DNA of 64,000 nucleotides from Deltaproteobacteria bacterium. Lineage in GTDB: Bacteria; CG2-30-53-67. The stretch spans positions 62,001-126,000 of the forward strand of contig JAADIO010000005.1 in assembly GCA_013151235.1 (NCBI GenBank), given 5' to 3'. Shown in pieces: positions 61,828-64,000 of the stretch; the first letter of the stretch is position 1, and each line of letters begins with the position of its first letter. Under the pieces are notes generated by a model that was not told where the DNA came from, searched no databases, and saw only the letters and a program-made list of their open reading frames with translations. The position numbers were made by a program, and so were the translations under genes.

Positions 61828-62069
61828 TATAGTTCTCCTTTTGTTTTGTATTTTTTTATCTCTTTTTCCAATGCTCCAAGTCTGGCGCCCATAGCAACCA
61901 GCTCGTGCCAGACGAAATATCCAACAACGGAGATCAACACCCATGACAATATACCCGTGCCGCCTGGGCCAACTATGGGTGGCATTGGACCGACTAAAGC
62001 ACATCCGGACAATGACACAATGACCGTCGTCACGCTGATGAGGAAAACTAGTCTTGGTACATGTTTCAT
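61827..62069 (-). CDS. Small lipoprotein/membrane protein (80 aa)
   Basis: Lipobox LSGC, second hydrophobic helix; TAATG coupling to the next gene; starts 26 nt after the attC. Confidence 0.6.
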   Translation of the reverse strand: MKHVPRLVFLISVTTVIVSLSGCALVGPMPPIVGPGGTGILSWVLISVVGYFVWHELVAMGARLGALEKEIKKYKTKGEL

Positions 62070-62095
62070 GAAATCTTCCTCTTTTTATTTCTTAC

Positions 62096-62166
62096 GTGTA
62101 ACGATTGAAAACATCGGCGCTAGACAGCACAGCTGTTTGGCGTCCGGGTGCCTTGATTGGTGAGCC
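62096..62166 (-). mobile_element. attC-like integron recombination site
   Basis: GGCTCAC...CCGGAC-GCCAAACAGC-TGT-GCTGTCTAGCGCC...CGTTACAC; 71-nt imperfect palindrome with a GTT core. Confidence 0.6.
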
Positions 62167-62179
62167 AATTAGTAACACT

Positions 62180-62304
62180 TATAAAAAATCGTTTTACACA
62201 ATGACAAATAGGTCTGCTCGATACGGCGGCTGTAATGGCGGGAACGCAGGGCCTCCAATAACCCGGTCGAGACGTCTCGGCTTTTGGGGTCGTGGCCGCT
62301 GCAT
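62180..62304 (-). pseudogene. intI: Integron integrase 5' remnant
   Basis: KPRRLDRV / EALRSRHYSRRIEQTY / CHCVKRFF across frameshifts matches the IntI N-terminal pattern LLDRVREALRxRHYSxRTEQxYxxWxKRF. Confidence 0.7.
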
Positions 62305-62439
62305 GGCAAAAACGCTAAGGGGGGAGGCACAAACGATCGGAGGAGAAATAGTATCCAACATTTTGCACCTATTTTTCAGGATGAATATACGTGATACTAT
62401 ATTTTGGACTTTCTTCTGTCAAGGCCTTTTTAGCGACAT

Positions 62440-62595
62440 CCGCCGAGGGTAAACCCCGGCGCTGCAAGACTTTTGCTTTTGACCTTTCAAATTCCCCCAT
62501 CCCCCCTTTAGCTAAAAAGGGGGAGCACAAGGCCGTGGTCCATCGCTCTTGATCCTTGTCTTTTCCCCGTGACACCCCGTGTCCCCCGTGGTTAA
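62440..62595. repeat. Cluster of short REP-like palindromes
   Basis: CGCCGAGGGTAAACCCCGGCG; CCCCCCTTTAGCTAAAAAGGGGGAG; CCGTG-repeating tract. Confidence 0.4.
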
Positions 62596-62694
62596 ATGCT
62601 TCCGACTTTGATCTTGCCCTTGCCTAAGCTCGATGATCTCCGCTTCACCTGTCTCCTGCAAAACCGGGGGAAGTCCCGGTGCGGAAGCCCGGTG

Positions 62695-63582
62695 TCAGAG
62701 CAGTTGAGGATTCCGGAAGGTCCCCTGAATCCGGAAGGAATAATAACCCTTCGAATCCGGCGTTTTGTGAAAGAACCGAGCCACCCCCTTCAGGTTGATC
62801 GGATCATCCGCCTGCGCCTTGAGATGTGCCGTCAGGTTGAGTGGGCTCTCCCGTATATCCCGTGCATCAAGTCGGACTTCACCGTCGATTTCCGCCAGCA
62901 GGATGTCGCTGGCAACATGACATTTCCGAATCCTGAGAACCCCTTCCCTCAGGTCGGTCTTCACCTCGATGGCCTGGAAGTTGAAATCGGGAAGATCGAG
63001 CCCCTGAATCAGGATATTCCGGACACTCCCGTTCTTCAGGGATGCCGTAATTTTGCCCGTTGCCTTGAGATATCTCCCCTCCTCCGGCACCCGAATTGTC
63101 CCTTCACCGCTCAGTCGTCCATCAATTTTAAAGTCCCGCAGATAAAAGGGGGACAGCACATCCTCGATCCGGAGCTGCGCCACTTGGAGGAAATATTTCC
63201 CCGCCCCTGAAGAAAAGGGGCGCCGGATCCGGACGCTGCCGGAGAGTGTCCCGCCGTATCCTTTCCCCTGAAAATCCGCACGGACTCTGCCTCGGAACAG
63301 AGACCAGGGGGAGACCCGGAGGGAAAGCAAATTGCCCCGGTAGATCGGGATTTGTCCGTCCCCATTGGGCAGCAGAATCTCTACGGGCTGGAATGAACAA
63401 CGCAGCGGCAGGTGAAAATCGAAGTGATCATAACGCATTGTGATCTTTCGCTCTTCACTGAAGCGGTGGATCAGGCTTTCAGCCAAGCGGCCGTAAGGAA
63501 AGAAGATCAGCAGCAGAAGGCAGAACAAAAACAGTCCGTAGAGAACGTACAGGATCGAAAAACCTCCGTGATTCCCTTTCAT
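62695..63582 (-). CDS. Type II secretion system protein GspN-like
   Basis: N-terminal TM ending FFPY, SPWSLF, YGGTLSG, C-terminal IQGTFRNP. Confidence 0.65.
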   Translation of the reverse strand: MKGNHGGFSILYVLYGLFLFCLLLLIFFPYGRLAESLIHRFSEERKITMRYDHFDFHLPLRCSFQPVEILLPNGDGQIPIYRGNLLSLRVSPWSLFRGRVRADFQGKGYGGTLSGSVRIRRPFSSGAGKYFLQVAQLRIEDVLSPFYLRDFKIDGRLSGEGTIRVPEEGRYLKATGKITASLKNGSVRNILIQGLDLPDFNFQAIEVKTDLREGVLRIRKCHVASDILLAEIDGEVRLDARDIRESPLNLTAHLKAQADDPINLKGVARFFHKTPDSKGYYSFRIQGTFRNPQLL

Positions 63583-63643
63583 CGGTTCTCCCCGTGAATG
63601 AATAATTCTTGTCGAAAGCCTTTGTTTTTTGATAAGTTAAATG

Positions 63644-63786
63644 GTAACTACTCAGGTCACCTCTCTTTTTCCGTATGACTGCGTTGTTGCGGTGCTCAAA
63701 TCCTCAACGTATGAAAAATACGCCGAAGGTGTCCGCGCTCCTCACGCCTTGTCCTGCAGGAAAATAGAAGCAACCTGAGCAGTTAC
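63644..63786. mobile_element. MITE family B, copy 2 (inverted)
   Basis: TIR GTAACTACTCAGGT/ACCTGAGCAGTTAC; flanks GTTAAATG/GTTAAGTG (7/8 TSD). Confidence 0.85.
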
Positions 63787-63821
63787 GTTAAGTGAATTAA
63801 CCTAACGAGGGAAGGAAAGCA

Positions 63822-64000
63822 ATGTCAAGAAGAAAGTTGGCGCTGGAATGTTCGCTGGTTACGCTTTTTCTCTTTCTCTTTGTGGCAGCGCTCCATCTTC
63901 TGCCCCTGCCCTCCGGGCTTCTCCGTTTCGGGAATGCGCTACTCACCCCCGGCTGGATCCTCCTCCCCTGGATTCTGCTGACCCTTCACGGAGAACCGTT
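63822..64000 (+). CDS. Membrane protein, 3'-truncated by the window edge
   Basis: MSRRKLALECSLVTLFLFLFVAALHLLP..., open to the end of the window; AAGGA RBS. Confidence 0.55.
   Translation, partial: MSRRKLALECSLVTLFLFLFVAALHLLPLPSGLLRFGNALLTPGWILLPWILLTLHGEP

Overview
GC-rich bacterial chromosome segment. Gene content and order (mglC-aroQ-efp-accBC; pheA-hisC-tyrA-aroA-cmk-ispH-rpsA-sppA; MglA, CarD, FmdE, GspN) resemble Desulfobacterota/Myxococcota-like 'deltaproteobacteria' (inference). It is mostly housekeeping and signalling genes; no rRNA, tRNA or CRISPR array was recognised. Structure not shown by the ORF track: (1) two genes with an in-frame TGA followed by SECIS-like hairpins, namely a DsbA-like UxxC selenoprotein (15611-16474) and an unannotated 98-aa membrane-anchored candidate selenoprotein of no family I recognise (41160-41456); (2) a decayed integron (intI 5' remnant, attC-like sites, small cassette genes, TA pair with frameshifted toxin; 60788-62304); (3) three families of MITE-like elements; (4) a co-oriented GGDEF / HD-GYP / FecR / TPR-lipoprotein / MglA / kinase module; (5) a tandem pair of GAFTGA-less enhancer-binding proteins; (6) a homopolymer frameshift in aroA and a radical SAM/SPASM remnant.
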